This document shows, in pieces, positions 36,401 to 49,500 of a stretch of 64,000 bases of DNA. How positions within the stretch are numbered: the first letter of the stretch is position 1; each line of letters starts with the position of its first letter. The position numbers and the translations under genes are program-made. The notes under the pieces were generated by a model. The model ran no database searches and was not told the DNA's origin. It saw nothing but the letters and a program-made list of their open reading frames with translations. The stretch comes from Eledone cirrhosa (taxonomy: Eukaryota). Location: NCBI GenBank assembly GCA_964016885.1, contig OZ024741.1:180296001-180360000 (forward strand), given 5' to 3'.

Positions 36401-39400
36401 GTGTGACCTAACGAATGACTAGATATAATAGCTATAGTATCTAAAATTAAAATGAATCATATATAAGACAGGCTTCCTCACAGATTCCGTCTACTAAATT
36501 TCACCGTACATATCTGTAACTACGGCTGTCAGACTGAAGCTATAGTAGGTTGCATGTAGTGGAACTGAGCCTGAAGCCACACGTGGTTGCGAAGCGAACT
36601 CCTTAACTACACAGCCGTGCTTGCACCTTACTTAAATATATACTCCAGCAAACATAAACTATGATTATCCCATTTTTTATTCTATGATTTTATTACTACG
36701 TTATCTAATGTTTTTTGTTTTTTTTGTTTTGTTTTTTTCCTTTTAAAAACGCTTAGGGTGTTGCCTAACGAAGATTTGGCTACTATTTCTAGCGGATCGA
36801 ACAACTGTATATTGCTTTCCATGTTGTCTTGTATATAATATCTAATGCGTGTTGGTTGGTTAGTCGATGGTTGTTACATTTGACAACATATAGGTGGGGT
36901 TTACATTTAGAGAGATATAAAACACATTTAACCGGAGCACTTGCGTACACTTATATACGCGCATACAAACATATATGTGGACACATACACGCACTTGTCT
37001 GCTAACCGTTTGTAAGAAGTTAACGCTTTCTTTTCATATTTTCTTCATGAATGTGATTTGATTCTAAATGGAAATGTTTTAATTACATAATTTTTTTTAT
37101 ATACAAACACATTTTATTGACAAATATTTAGCATATAACGATCTCTCTTTTTATATCATCATCGTTTAACGTCTATCTTCCACGATAGCATGGGTTAGAC
37201 GAGAATTGTCCCACTTGAGGCAAGATTGGTAGGGTGATCGTGTCATTTCTTTTCCCATTCATATTCATTTTCTTTTTTACTTGGTGTAATTATTTGTATT
37301 AACGGTAGTCTTTTTATTTAAAGTGTCAGTACAATTTATATATGCAGATATGTACTATACTAATAATAAAGAATAAAAGTGGTGGTAGGGGTATCACGCA
37401 CTCAATTACACACCTCAACAAGGGACGCTGGGGTTTTCCTTGAATAATTTTTTTTTTTAGGCAAGCCAATACACAGCATTGCCCCGGGTGTTAGGGAAGC
37501 TGAGATGCTGAAATAACCAAGCATACTTGCGGTTATCATCCGTTACCTTGGTATGGTGAGCCACCAACAATAACCACGTTTGTTGTCAGCAGACCAGCTC
37601 TTTCAATCGTCTTCAGTGCCACAGGCTGGTGGAAAATTATTGGACAACCTTATTGTGTATAAATTTTGTCCCCCATGTCATTTTTTAAAAACCTTTGTTT
37701 CATCTTCATTATTTCCACACCTCACCTAACATTCCATTTCCTCTTTCCCCTTGTCTGCGTTTTATTTGTTACTAGCTGAGGTACCCGGCTTCGCCCAGGG
37801 GCATAGTTAAGAGAAGATGGATAAAAGAGAAAACGACTGTATTGGATGTATTGTCTGGTATGAGGTGAGACCGTAATGTGTGAGAGAGACATAAAACAAT
37901 CATAAAACTTCCTTGTTAGGCTGGGGGAGTAAACTGCCGATTAAATGGGAGCATTGGCTTTGGATTTTAAATGTGAAATAACCATAGTCAGTATGATCTT
38001 TTTAAGCTCCAAAGGACGTCACCTGATACGCAGTAATATACTGCATAACATTGCTTTTGAAGTGTGCTTCATTAGTACAGACTGTAAGTAGTATGTGGAT
38101 AAAAGCTGAAGGGTAGATTAATTTCAAATAGTATCAATTTTTCTTTGTTCTGTATAATCAAAGATTGTAAAACGACTTTATAAAAGCTAACTCAATGTTG
38201 TTAAACCTTCCTATAGATCAAAGGATCTATAGTTTAAGCCATTTCTAGACTTTTGTGAGACATTACTCTCTCTCTCTCTCTCTCTCTGAATATCTAACAC
38301 TTTGTGTCTCTATTCTGTATAACAGTCTATCTCTCTTTTTCTGTCTCTCCCTCTTTAGATGTGTGTGTATGTGTATAGTTTTCATGTGATTCAACCAACC
38401 AATAAACATCTCTCTTTTATATATACTAGCAGAAAAACCACCCTTCGGGTGGTTTTCTGCTAGCATGTGTAGTGTGAATATTGATATTACACGCAAGTAT
38501 ATATACATGTAGATATGATACATCAAATAAAATCGTAATTGACAATATACACAGAAATTGAACAAAGATGTTGTTACACTGTCTTATGTAATCAGTAACG
38601 TAAACCATGATACATTAAAAAAAGACAATATTATATATACACTGCATTAGGAGAAAATTAGTGACGGAAATATATGTTTATTTAAGCGATCGCTAACCAG
38701 AAGTGTTGACATTTGAAAATTTTAAATAAGCAATAAAATATATTTAATCAAAAGCTATGAAATTTAGCAGATAAATTATGTAATATTCATTCATTATTTA
38801 TTCAAAAGGTGGTGGATTGGCAGTATCGTTAGAGGGTCGGACGCCATGCTTTGCAGCATAGAGTTACGGCCCTTTATAGTCTGAGTTCAAATCCCGCCGA
38901 GGTTAACTTTGCCTTTCATCCTTACGGGGTTGATAAAATAAAGTACCAGTAATACACTGGGATAATTGCTGGCCTTGTGCCAAAAGTAGAAACAATTATT
39001 TATTCAAAGTAATCCAACTTATTTTACAAACGGGATAAAAAATGATGTTCTGGCTGCAGTCCTGCGCTCCTTTCTTTATTATAGTTAAGATAGATTTTTT
39101 TTTACCTATATATATATTATAAGAATTCTCTGTCCTTCAATTAAGCTTACCATAGGGCAGATAATCTTTATAATAATATCATCACTCTACTTTTCTTAAG
39201 TATAGCGTGCTAAGTTGAATAATGGTCTTACTGGACTTAACGAGTAACATCTCATCCATCTATGTGCTTGTGTGTGTATGTATGTATATATATATATATA
39301 TATATAATGTGTGTGTGTATCCCGGGTTCAATCGGGGGTAACCACAGTAAGTAAGGTACTCAATACATAGCAGAGTATAAATATTTAATATAGAAATGGC

Positions 39401-39429
39401 TTCTATAGGGCTAGAACTGTTTCATCATC

Positions 39430-39473
<44 letters not shown>

Positions 39474-39783
39474 TGTGTGTTTAAAATACCCTATTCTTTA
39501 AAACATTCAAACTGATTTACCACTCAATACTGGTGGGTAGAATGTAAAGTTTCAGTTTGGTGGCTTCAACTGGAATCAGAGGAAGCAATCAAGCAGAAAA
39601 GTTGAAGTCACTGCCAATTTTCAAATTGGAAAATTATTTGTCTCTCTGTTGACCACTGACCACTGATCTCTGTCCTCTGGGCATTTTTTCCCATAGCTGT
39701 CTTCGACAGCATTTAGCTGTTTGAACAACTGTACTAGGATGAGTTTTCTCATTTTTGTCTGTGTATGTATGTATGTATGTATG

Positions 39784-39826
<43 letters not shown>

Positions 39827-42800
39827 AGGGTTGATGGACCCAGCATATTTATCAATGCCAGTACCAGTTGTATCTCAGCGCACTCAATGGGCAATGTAAG
39901 ATACATTACTAGAGTATACACATAGTTATTTGCCTCAACACAACACACGTAAAACGGGTGCCTATAACGTTCCCGGACTCGAGTTTCTGCCGCACTAATG
40001 CAGCAGTAAGGTGCACTGCACCATCTGTCTGCATATATTATGCAACAATGCACAATCGGCTTATGCGGCTTCATCAGCGGGTATCGCCTAATCAATAACT
40101 AATCGATCAACAGAATCCAAACATCGGCCCGTGCCGGTCATGACTGTTTGTGACAACCGACACGGTAAAGCGATTAGCAACTGGCAACCGATAGGACTCT
40201 ATCTCTCAACTAGCCACTGACTTACAAATTTTACCTGGGGATGGGAAGCTAAAAAGAATCAATCTTTTAGTTCCTGTCAGAAGCCCTCAGCCAACGTGTC
40301 TCACACACAAATTATCAAGGGGTGAAAAGATGGCTATTAGAAATAGCAGTTCACATTGATAAAAAATAGAATGGTAGCATTCGGTTCATGTCTCCAAGCC
40401 CCATGGCTAGAGGAAAGCGATGGTAACAATGGTAGTGCCAAGAACCTTTAACAGACTTTAAATGCGATCATCCATTAAATAACAATATAGTAGCGAGCTG
40501 AAATGTGTCAGCCACGTGCGTAGATTACCAGTCTAATTCACAACTTAAAAGAGTGAGAGACAAAATTAGTAGCAGGAAAAAGAGTGCATATCAAAACAAA
40601 AACAATAAAAAGTAAAAAATTGTTTAACTTACTCTCAATATTCCGCTCGTTGGGAGATAATAATAATAAGGGTTATATATATATAGTCAATATTGTTACA
40701 TTATATTTTTCCATTGCTGTATTCTTGGCAGATTGCCCTGCGGATTGGTGTGAAAACACGGGGCTGCAATGGCCTCAGCTATACCCTTGACTATACAAAT
40801 CAAAAGGGAAAATTTGATGAAGTTGTTGAACAAGATGGTAAGTTAAATATCTGCCCCATTTTCCTAGTTCTGTTAGCCTTATTTCATGTCTTCTTCATTT
40901 TTATACTTGGTACTTAATTCTGATTATTGTGTTTGTTCAGCTTTGTAAGAGAGGCCAACACTCTCCCACTACAATGAGCCAACTTTTATACAGTGCATGC
41001 TAGAAATAGCAGCCAATTACCCTTCAAATCACACCCTATTGTCTTTAAAAGGTGAAGTATTCATTGAATAATGTGTTCCTGGGTGCATACTACCATTTAA
41101 AAAAAAAAAACAGAATTGTCATGGTATGGATGCCTTTGATCATAAGGCTATATGATCATAGGGCTGTTTGATTTGTGCTGGGACTATGATCAGAGGGCAG
41201 TTTGATCTGAGCTGGGACTATGATCATAGGGTTGTTTGATCTGAGCTGGGACTATGATCATAGGGTTGTTTGATCTGAGCTGGGACTATGATTATAGGGT
41301 TGTTTGATCTGAGCTGGGACTATGATTATAGGGTTGTTTGATCTGAGCTGGGACTATGATTATAGGGTTGTTTGATCTGAGCTGGGACTGATCACAAGGC
41401 TGTTTGATCTGAGCTGAGATTATGATCATAGAGTTGTTTGGGCTGAGCTTAGACTATGATCATAGGGTTGTTTGATCTGAGCTGAGACTATGATTGTGGA
41501 GCTGTTTGATCTGAGCTGGGACTATGATCAAGGGGCTGTTTGATCTGAGCTGGGACTATGTTCATAGGGTTGTTTGATCTGAGCTGAGATTATGATCATA
41601 GAGTTGTTTGGGCTGAGCTTAGACTATGATCATAGGGTTGTTTGATCTGAGCTGAGATTATAATCATAGGCTTGTTTGATCTGAGCTGAGATTATAATCA
41701 TAGAGTTGTTTGATCAGTAGTGGTACTATGATAATAGGAACGGTTTTATCTGAGCTGGAACAATGATCATATGGCTGCTTGTTCTGAGCTAAGACTATGA
41801 TACTAGCATTGTTTGGGCTGAGCTGGGACTATGCAACACAATTTTAGAAAACAACGCTACTATTCCCAGTTTATAGTGTGTAATGGAGTGTGCCCATTTT
41901 CCGTTTTACTTTTTGACATTCATCATCATCATCATCATCAACGTTTAACGTCCGTGTTCCACGCTTGCATTGGTTTGGACAGGGGTTTTCCCACTTGAGG
42001 CAAGAGTGATTATCTTGCTCGCATAGGACTATCTGGCGGGTTTTCTACAGCTGGATGCCCTTCCTAACACCAACCACATTTACAGTGTGGGGCTGGGAGG
42101 TTTTTACCGTGTTGCCTACACGGCCACATTACAGCGTGGACTGTCTGGCGGGTTTTCTACAGCTGGATGCCCTTCCTAACACCAACCACATTTAGAGTGT
42201 GGGGCTGGGAGGTTTTTACCGTGTTGCCTACACGGCCACATTACAGCGTGAACTGTGTTTTTTTTGTCGTGACACCTACACGATCTCATTTGTTTCGGCC
42301 TGGATGTTGTGGCACCAACATAACTTTACATTGAAAGGGGCGGTGTGGATGGGGTGGGGGTGGTGGGACGGGGGTGTATTTTGTTAGAGATGCCTACTGA
42401 CTATAGTAGGTTTTACTTTGTATTTAGGTAAGGCGGGTCTTCTCTATTACTGAGTACCGCCAAAGGTCTCGGTCCAGTGACATTGTCTTGGAGAGGTGTA
42501 AGTGTGTGAGGTCGGAATTTATCAGCTCGTCCCAGGTCTTGCTGGGTCTGCCTATTCCGTGGCTACTGTCTATCTTTAATACCCTGCACTTTGTTATACA
42601 GCTATCGTCTTTCATACGCAACACGTGACCATACCAACGTAGCCTTCTCTCAAGTAAACAAGATCTGATCCCTCTTATTTCTAATTTTTTCCTTAGTTCG
42701 TTTATGCTTTGCCGTTCACGTATATTACTATTACACATCCAGCGGAGCATGCAAGCTTCGTTTCTCTCTAGTCTGCGTATATCCTCTGCACACAATGCCC

Positions 42801-44642
42801 AGGTCTCACTGCCATGCAACATTGCTGTTCGTATGCAGGCATCATACAACCTGCCTTTCATTTTTAGGGAGAACCCTTCAGCGGCTAATAGTGGTATAAG
42901 CTCTCTGAACTTTTTCCACCCAGTTCTGACTCTAGCTACTGTACTTTCAGAGCACCCTCCCCCACTGCTGATTTTGTCACCCAGGTAACGGAAGCTGTCC
43001 ACTATTTCTATAGAACCCTCTGCGCAGTTGAAAGAGCTAGTATTTTGTGGGCACTTGCTGCTACTTATTGCCCCAGAACACTGGCCACATGTAAAATCTA
43101 TGTTCTTAGTTAGCTTACCTGTGATCCCACTACATCTTTTATGCACCCATACTTTGCATTTGGGACACAAAATGGAGTTTCTACCTACGCCTTTCCTACA
43201 CACTGAGCATGGCCACTTCCCGGAAGGGACCGCCGCCTTATTTTCTTTCTTACAAACTAGAACTTTAGTCTTAGCCAGGTTAATTTTAAGGCCTTTTGAT
43301 TCTAGGCCGTGCTTCCATGTTTGGAATTTCTTCTCTAGCTCGGCCATTGATTCAGCTATGAGTGTTAGGTCATCTGCGTATAGGAGTTCCCATGGGCAAC
43401 CAGTCTTGAACTCCTCTGTTATAGCCTGAAGGGCAATAATAAATAGTAGGGGGCTGAGAACAGAGCCCTGATGGACGCCAACTTTTACGCTAAACTCTTC
43501 ACTATATTCGTTGTTAATTCTAACCTTGCTGACTGTTTCTTTATACATGGCTTGTATAGCTCTCACAAGCCATTCGTCAACATCTAGTTTTCTAAGAGCC
43601 CACCAGATAATGGAACGGGGGACTCTGTCGAAGGCTTTCTCCAAGTCGACAAAAGCTAAGTATAGGGGTTTACTTTTAGCTAGGTACTTCTCCTGTAGTT
43701 GTCGTACAATGAAAAGAGCGTCTGTGGTACTTTTGCCTGACACAAACCCGAACTGCATTTCATCTAGATCAATTCTCTCTGATTAGTTGCGCTATTACTT
43801 TTTCCGTGACCTTCATGACCTGGTCGATTAATTTAATGCCTCTATAGTTATTCCTATCTAGGGCATCTCCTTTACCCTTATAACAGTTAACGATGATGCT
43901 GCTACGCCAGTCCTTCGGAACAACCCCATTCTGTACGACTTGGTTAACTATCCGGGTGACCATGGTGTGTCCCACCGTACCAGATGCCTTCAGCATCTCG
44001 GCAACTATTTCCGAAGGCCCAGCCGCCTTACCCGTCTTCATATCTTTGATTGCCTTACTTATTGTACTACCCTCGACTAACACTGCTGGTCCCTCTATTG
44101 GGTCGATGTGGGCGAGACTGTCTTTCTCCCATTTATTCTCCTCATTTAGTAGCCTTTCATAGTGACACTTCCAAGCTACCTTCTTATCAGCGTCGGTGAT
44201 GGCAAGTACGCCGTCATCATTAAGTACACACTTCTCCCCGACAATATCACGTTCTTTTATTGATTTGTTCATTTTGTAAATCGTAATAAGGGAAACACTG
44301 CTCTCACCTCCCCCTCTTTTAATTTCATTCTGACTCCAAATCCTACCAAGGCCAGCTTTGCCACTCATCCTTCTGAGGTCGATAAAATAAAGTACCAGTG
44401 AAGCACTGGGTCGATATAATTGTCTGTTCTCTCTTCCCCACAAATTGTTTGCTTTCTGTCTTGATTAGAAATCATTATTTTTATTATTTGCAGGAGTGAA
44501 AATCTTCATGGATACCAAAGCTCAACTGACATTACTAGGAACAGAAATGGATTATATCGAAAGCAAACTTTCTTCAGAATTTATCTTTAACAATCCCAAT
44601 GTAAAAGGAACATGTGGGTGTGGGGAAAGTTTTAATGTATAA
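30378..44642 (+). CDS. ISCA1: Iron-sulfur cluster assembly 1, mitochondrial, join(30378..30449, 34822..34875, 40732..40837, 44494..44642), 126 aa
   Basis: GT-AG introns. The spliced protein [63 protein letters not shown]...[38 protein letters not shown] carries the GCNGLSY and CGCGESF motifs. Confidence 0.97.
32108..34321 (-). mobile_element. Degraded RTE-clade (Expander/Rex3-like) LINE with inverted 5' segment and 10-bp TSD
   Basis: RT and C-terminal remnants lie on minus (32108 to about 33290). APE endonuclease remnants ([27 protein letters not shown]) lie on plus (about 33284-34321). The TSD CTCAAGAACT is at 32098-32107 and 34322-34331. Confidence 0.88.
34822..34875 (+). CDS. ISCA1: ISCA1 exon 2 ([18 protein letters not shown])
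   Basis: ttccacAG acceptor and GTAAGT donor. Confidence 0.92.
37772..38424 (-). mobile_element. Putative non-autonomous Helitron
   Basis: CTAG terminus with an adjacent GC hairpin (cccggcttcgcccaggg) at 37772-37800. A possible 5' end lies near 38424 (ttttatatat preceded by aacc repeats). Confidence 0.4.
38807..38998 (+). mobile_element. tRNA-derived SINE
   Basis: Near-identical to the 4888 and 14317 copies; flanked by the direct repeat attatttattcaaa (likely TSD). Confidence 0.85.
39972..40081 (-). ncRNA. Type-I hammerhead ribozyme with long branched stem II, antisense in ISCA1 intron 2
   Basis: Minus strand cccg-CTGATGA-aGCCGCA...TGCGGCa-GAA-ACTCGAGT-C-cggg, with the canonical GUC site. 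Confidence 0.75.
40732..40837 (+). CDS. ISCA1: ISCA1 exon 3 ([36 protein letters not shown])
   Basis: ttggcAG acceptor, GTAAGT donor and the conserved GCNGLSY motif. Confidence 0.97.
41135..41833 (+). repeat. 34-bp minisatellite, about 20 copies (gggactatgatcatagggttgtttgatctgagct)
   Basis: The period of 34 was measured directly; it expands from inside an interspersed repeat that begins gctagaaatagcagcc. Confidence 0.93.
41921..44256 (-). mobile_element. 5'-truncated RTE LINE, antisense in ISCA1 intron 3
   Basis: RT motifs ([46 protein letters not shown]), one frameshift near 43765 and a (GAT)n tail. The 3' UTR contains a tandem duplication of about 112 bp. Confidence 0.96.
42424..43758 (-). 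CDS. RTE reverse transcriptase ORF fragment (444 aa) with inserted PHD-like zinc finger
   Basis: YADD RT followed by CSVC..ILCPKC..WVHKRC..FTCGQC; 5'-truncated so probably not functional. Confidence 0.85.
   Translation of the reverse strand: MQFGFVSGKSTTDALFIVRQLQEKYLAKSKPLYLAFVDLEKAFDRVPRSIIWWALRKLDVDEWLVRAIQAMYKETVSKVRINNEYSEEFSVKVGVHQGSVLSPLLFIIALQAITEEFKTGCPWELLYADDLTLIAESMAELEKKFQTWKHGLESKGLKINLAKTKVLVCKKENKAAVPSGKWPCSVCRKGVGRNSILCPKCKVWVHKRCSGITGKLTKNIDFTCGQCSGAISSSKCPQNTSSFNCAEGSIEIVDSFRYLGDKISSGGGCSESTVARVRTGWKKFRELIPLLAAEGFSLKMKGRLYDACIRTAMLHGSETWALCAEDIRRLERNEACMLRWMCNSNIRERQSINELRKKLEIRGIRSCLLERRLRWYGHVLRMKDDSCITKCRVLKIDSSHGIGRPSKTWDELINSDLTHLHLSKTMSLDRDLWRYSVIEKTRLT
44494..44642 (+). 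CDS. ISCA1: ISCA1 exon 4 (…[20 protein letters not shown]…[11 protein letters not shown])
   Basis: tttgcAG acceptor, phase-compatible with exon 3, TAA at 44640-44642. Confidence 0.97.
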
Positions 44643-44844
44643 CAAATTACGAACATCTGAACAATGGCTCTCAGCTTAGAACTTTGTGTCCCCAGTTATA
44701 ATTTCACATTAACTGCAACCTAAACTCATCTATGTTCCAGAGAATTCTGTCATGTTTTGTTGGCCACTCTGGAAGGAAGTCCAATTTATTGAAGGTTATT
44801 TTTTGAAGTAAAATCAATTATGGATAATATCTGACTATATAATG

Positions 44845-44887
<43 letters not shown>

Positions 44888-46435
44888 ATATTTATTAATA
44901 GTGAGTATTTTCTTTGAAGTTTCAGTGAAGCTACCTGCTTTTCAAAAAGGCTTTGATTGTTTTGAAAAACATGTAGCTTCACAGTAAAATAACTATTAAT
45001 AACAAATATATCTTGACTCGATAAACGTACAGGAGTCCTTTGTTCAGTGTATGTTTAGTATGTTTGTTACACAAACCCATAAAACAAGCACACACACACA
45101 CACACTCATATATATATACACACATATACACACACATAACTGGAAGCATTTGTTTTTTCAATAATTTTATATTTCTTTACTCTGTAAATAGATGTATAAA
45201 TATCAGATTTTGCTTAACACTCAATAAAAGTAAACTCCTACCTTTTCAATCAGCAATAACAAATTATATATATATATACATACATATATGTGTGTGCGCT
45301 TGAGTGTGTATTTTCTCCTACAAAACATAAATTGTGCTATATACACTTGTGGTGAGAGTGTGTAGAGTACAAGTATCACCAGTTTAATATAAGGCAGGCT
45401 GAATGAAACTTGTATCATAGATTTAAAACCTCAATAATACACATATCTGGTGTACCAAATTTCAAACAGAAAATCACACCACTAAAAGCTATGCATTGAC
45501 CTCTCTGTTTTGAGTACATTGTTTTAATTTATTATTATTTTGCCTCTTTCTCTAAAATGATCTATTTTGGCTAAGCCTGATTTGTATCTTATTAATAATT
45601 TATCTTTCATAGGTAAAAGGGTTTTTTTTTTTTGTTTTCTTTTTTGGTGTGTGTAGATTCACTGTGAATCCAAACATAACCAGCTGCCTTTTTCTTTTTC
45701 TATGGAAATTTCTGCTTTGGTTGGGTTGTATCTTATTGATAAACTCATCTTTTTTATATGCACAACACCAATTTTTTTGTGGGAGGTGTAGATTTATGAG
45801 GAATCCACAAACGTAATCACCCTCCCTCGTATATTACTGGTAGTTGATTTATCAACACCTACAAATATATACTATCAAGTAAACCATGCAAACATGGAAA
45901 AGCAGATATAAAATGGCAATGATAATGAGTAAAGCCAATTATGACAGGATTTAATCTGGCAACGAATGGATTAGAACTAAAAAAAGAAAACCCTGCATTT
46001 TCCAACAGATTTCTGCTGTTTTGCCATATCTACCTCCACATCATTATAAATGATAGAGAGACTTTGCTTTTAAACATGTATTATTAAATTGATTGTGCTC
46101 ATCTCTCTTAAATATAATGATTCCAGTGATGTATATAGCCTTCTGGTAGTTTTCTCTCAGCAAAGAGAGGCTGAGTGAGTCCTGATGAGATTATCAAATA
46201 AAACTAAAACCTGTCAGTGCAATCCTCACCTCCACGCTGCCTAAATTTCACAGCGAGACTAAATCCATATGGATACAACACCATTTATTTATTTTAAATA
46301 AGTTATCAATAATACTTATGGAATAAAGTCTTTTTATTATTAACCTCCATTTTATATGCTTTATTTTTAATCTGTGTTTACTTTTTTTCATTATATTTAA
46401 TCATAATAATGAAAATTGTGTAGTGCTCAGGTGCA

Positions 46436-46575
46436 TTACAACTCATTTGTTTGGTTGCAAGTCTCCAGGTGATCAGTATTCTGAGCAAGATAAGGGTTCC
46501 AGACTAGTGATTCAAATTTTAAGTGTGGCCACACCATGGCTATATACAGCTTTAAATAGATAACTGGAGTGCCTT
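46436..46575 (-). mobile_element. CR1-type LINE RT C-terminal remnant
   Basis: LYIAMVWPHLKFESLVWNPY resembles the CR1 motif LY...VRPHLEY...VW.PY. Confidence 0.6.
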
Positions 46576-49500
46576 TTTTTTTTTTTTTTGTTTTTTTTTT
46601 GTTTTTTTTTTTTGTAAAATTTTGAAAATGTTCCCAAATGATTTGCTCTTTCTCCATTGTCATATTTATATACATCTACTGCTCAGGCTGATATTGAACT
46701 CAGCAATCTCCACTTTCTGATGTATACACTAAGAGGAACATACCAGCAAAGCACAGTGACAGTGTGATGAAGTGACTAACCTGAAACCTGAAAATCACTG
46801 CCACTTTTCTATTTAGAAAATACATCTCTAAACTCTACCCACTAGTATTGAGTGCTCATTCAGTTCATGTTTCAAATATTCTAATATTAGTTGATATCGA
46901 AACATTAGTTAAGAGCTAAAAACAAAACTTTACATTTTCATATAATTCTTTCACTGAAACTGGCCTTGTGGATATAAATGTTGGAAACACTTATATATGA
47001 AATAAAGTATGTTACCTGATAACTTAACAAAGAAGCAAGCTATTTAAAACTCTTCAGCTAACCTTCCTAGTGTTGGTGATTTACACAATAAACTAGTAAA
47101 TTCTATAGAGTGGTTGGTGATAGGAAGGATATCCAGTTGTTGGAAACCTACCAAAGGACCAGGCAAACTCTCCAGTTGTGTCAAAGACTTGACAGCCTCC
47201 CTGGTACTAGTGTCATAATAAAATGCATTAGGTAAGTGAATTATAGACCACTGGCTTCTCTAAGCATTTGGTAGGTTGCAGGAACACATTTAAGGAACAC
47301 CTTTGCTTTGAGTTCGAACCAGGTTTGCTGACAACCCATCCAACTCTTGCTAGTAAGAAAAGCAGACATGATGTAAATCTGTCCCAATATCTGGCTCATT
47401 ATACTGGAGTAAATCTGGCTCATTATACTGGAGCTTATCCTAGTTTCATAAGCATTAATCAATTGAGAGTAAATGAATTTTTCATAGATGGAATGAGCCT
47501 GTCTACCCATGCTAGTGTGGAAGATGGACATTAAATGATGATGATGTTGAGTTAACTACCACCACACTCACCCCCAGCTGATGCTGCTGGTACTCATTTT
47601 TGTTTTTTTCGGTTGAGTGGACTAGAGCAATGCGAAATGAAGTGTCTAGCTCAAGAACAACACTTTGCTGGGGCCAGGAATCAAATTCAAGACCTTATGA
47701 CCATCAGCCCAACCGCTAGGCAACATACACCTGTTTTATAACACCACTCCAAAAATGAGTGTTAACAATCTAAAGTAATTACTTCTGTTGGTACATAATT
47801 AATTTTTTTTAAAGCAGAGAATGTTAAAGTTGTGTGGTGGGTGTTTATCTCCAATATGATTTTTTTTTTTAGCCCTTTAGTATTTACATTACTCTATATA
47901 TACAATTATATTTTCAAAGTAAAGACTTTACCTCACATAATATCGAATCTATGAGATTTTGACATTATGTTGAGAACAATACCTTAACATCAGTGTGAGT
48001 GGCTGGTTAAAGCCAGTTTGAGCAGAAAGAGGTGAGAATTCTGGCCGGCTTAAATGCTAAAGGATTAATGGTTATGATTGTTTTGGTTGGTACAATGTAA
48101 GTTAGAAATACAGGACTAAAGTAAAATAAATAAAACATTAGTTTACTTCATATTTTGAGATTAGGACCTTTTTTTTCAAGCATTGTATAGTATTTTCTTT
48201 TTCAGTTTCAACTTCTATTTTTTTTTTTTAAATTCCATATTATAATAAAGGTTTTTGGCAAAACAAGAGTTTGATATGAAACAATAAAGGCTCTTTTATT
48301 TAATTTTGTTGTCAATGGTTTTATCCGATATAATTTTATTAGAATAAATTTACACTAAAACCTACCTGTATTCAGCTTTAACACTAATCTTATGAATTGG
48401 CAGAATCATTAGTATCAGAATGCAGTCAACTTTGCTTTTCATTCTTCTGGGGTTGATAAAATAAAGTACCAGTCAAATACTGGGTTGATAGTTGACCCCA
48501 CAAATTGCAAGATTTTACTAACTGTTCAAATACTGCTGACGTCAACTTTGCCTTTTATCCTTCCAGGGTTGATAAAATAAAGTACCAGTCAAATACTGAC
48601 CCACAAATTGAAAGATTTGTGCCTAAATTAGAAATCATTAATTAACCCTTTTTGACACCATATTGCCCTTAGTTCTGTGATACTAAACTATTTGTTTTAA
48701 AAGGCGTTTTAATATTTATCCAAAAACTTAATAGCTTAATAATGAAAAGGCTATATTTATTAATGAATCCCTCCAAATTCTTGTTTATTTTCAAACTCAT
48801 TTGAAAATCCTAGTCTTTTTATTAGAAATATAGCAAAGAAAGGGTTGAGATTATACTCTGATATATAATATCAAACTGATATATAATATTGATGATGAAT
48901 AGTATAGAAGAAATTTGTTGTTTAATCCCAGATTAGACCTAATTCTGAAGACATACAATTAAACACATTCCAGCTGTAGCTATTTTTTTAAAGCATTATA
49001 TTATGTAAGAGTATGTGCTTCCCATTATGTTTTTATTATATCACCGTGAAGTGAAATATGTATATTTGACCAGAAATACTAATGTGGTATTTAAGTCTAA
49101 ATGAATTGTGTGCATCTATTTTATGAGAACGATAAAAAAGTACCAGAAAGCTAGGAGTCGATATAATCAACTGAAAACACTTGAAGGCAGTGTTCCACAT
49201 TCCAGGATTGGTAGCAGCATAAGAAGAATAATAGATTATCCAAACAACCATGTATTAATAGAAAATTCCTTGGTGGCTTATTTGAAATTTGTTTGATTAG
49301 GTTCTATAAACAACTGTAATCTGAGAACTGGTGGAAATTTCTTTCCTCTCTCTACCATATTCTTGTATCTAGGTCTGTGTGTGCATGTGCAATAAGCCAA
49401 GTATGTATCTGTAATTCCTAATAGCTCTGTAGTGCCATACAACATGTCTTAGGTGTATTTCTTCCAGAGAAGGAGAGACGAAATGAGAAAGAGATATAGA

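Noticed and set aside
39535-39630. Minus-strand TTGAAAA...long stem...GAAAC motif
   Set aside because: Stem II is good but stems I and III do not pair; at most a decayed remnant.
41135-41833. CRISPR-like regular repeat with palindromic core
   Set aside because: Units are contiguous with no unique spacers, there are no cas genes, and the context is a eukaryotic intron; it is a minisatellite.
43769-44443. 224-aa ORF as an independent gene
   Set aside because: It is a chimera of SINE and intron sequence read into the 5'-truncated RTE ORF.
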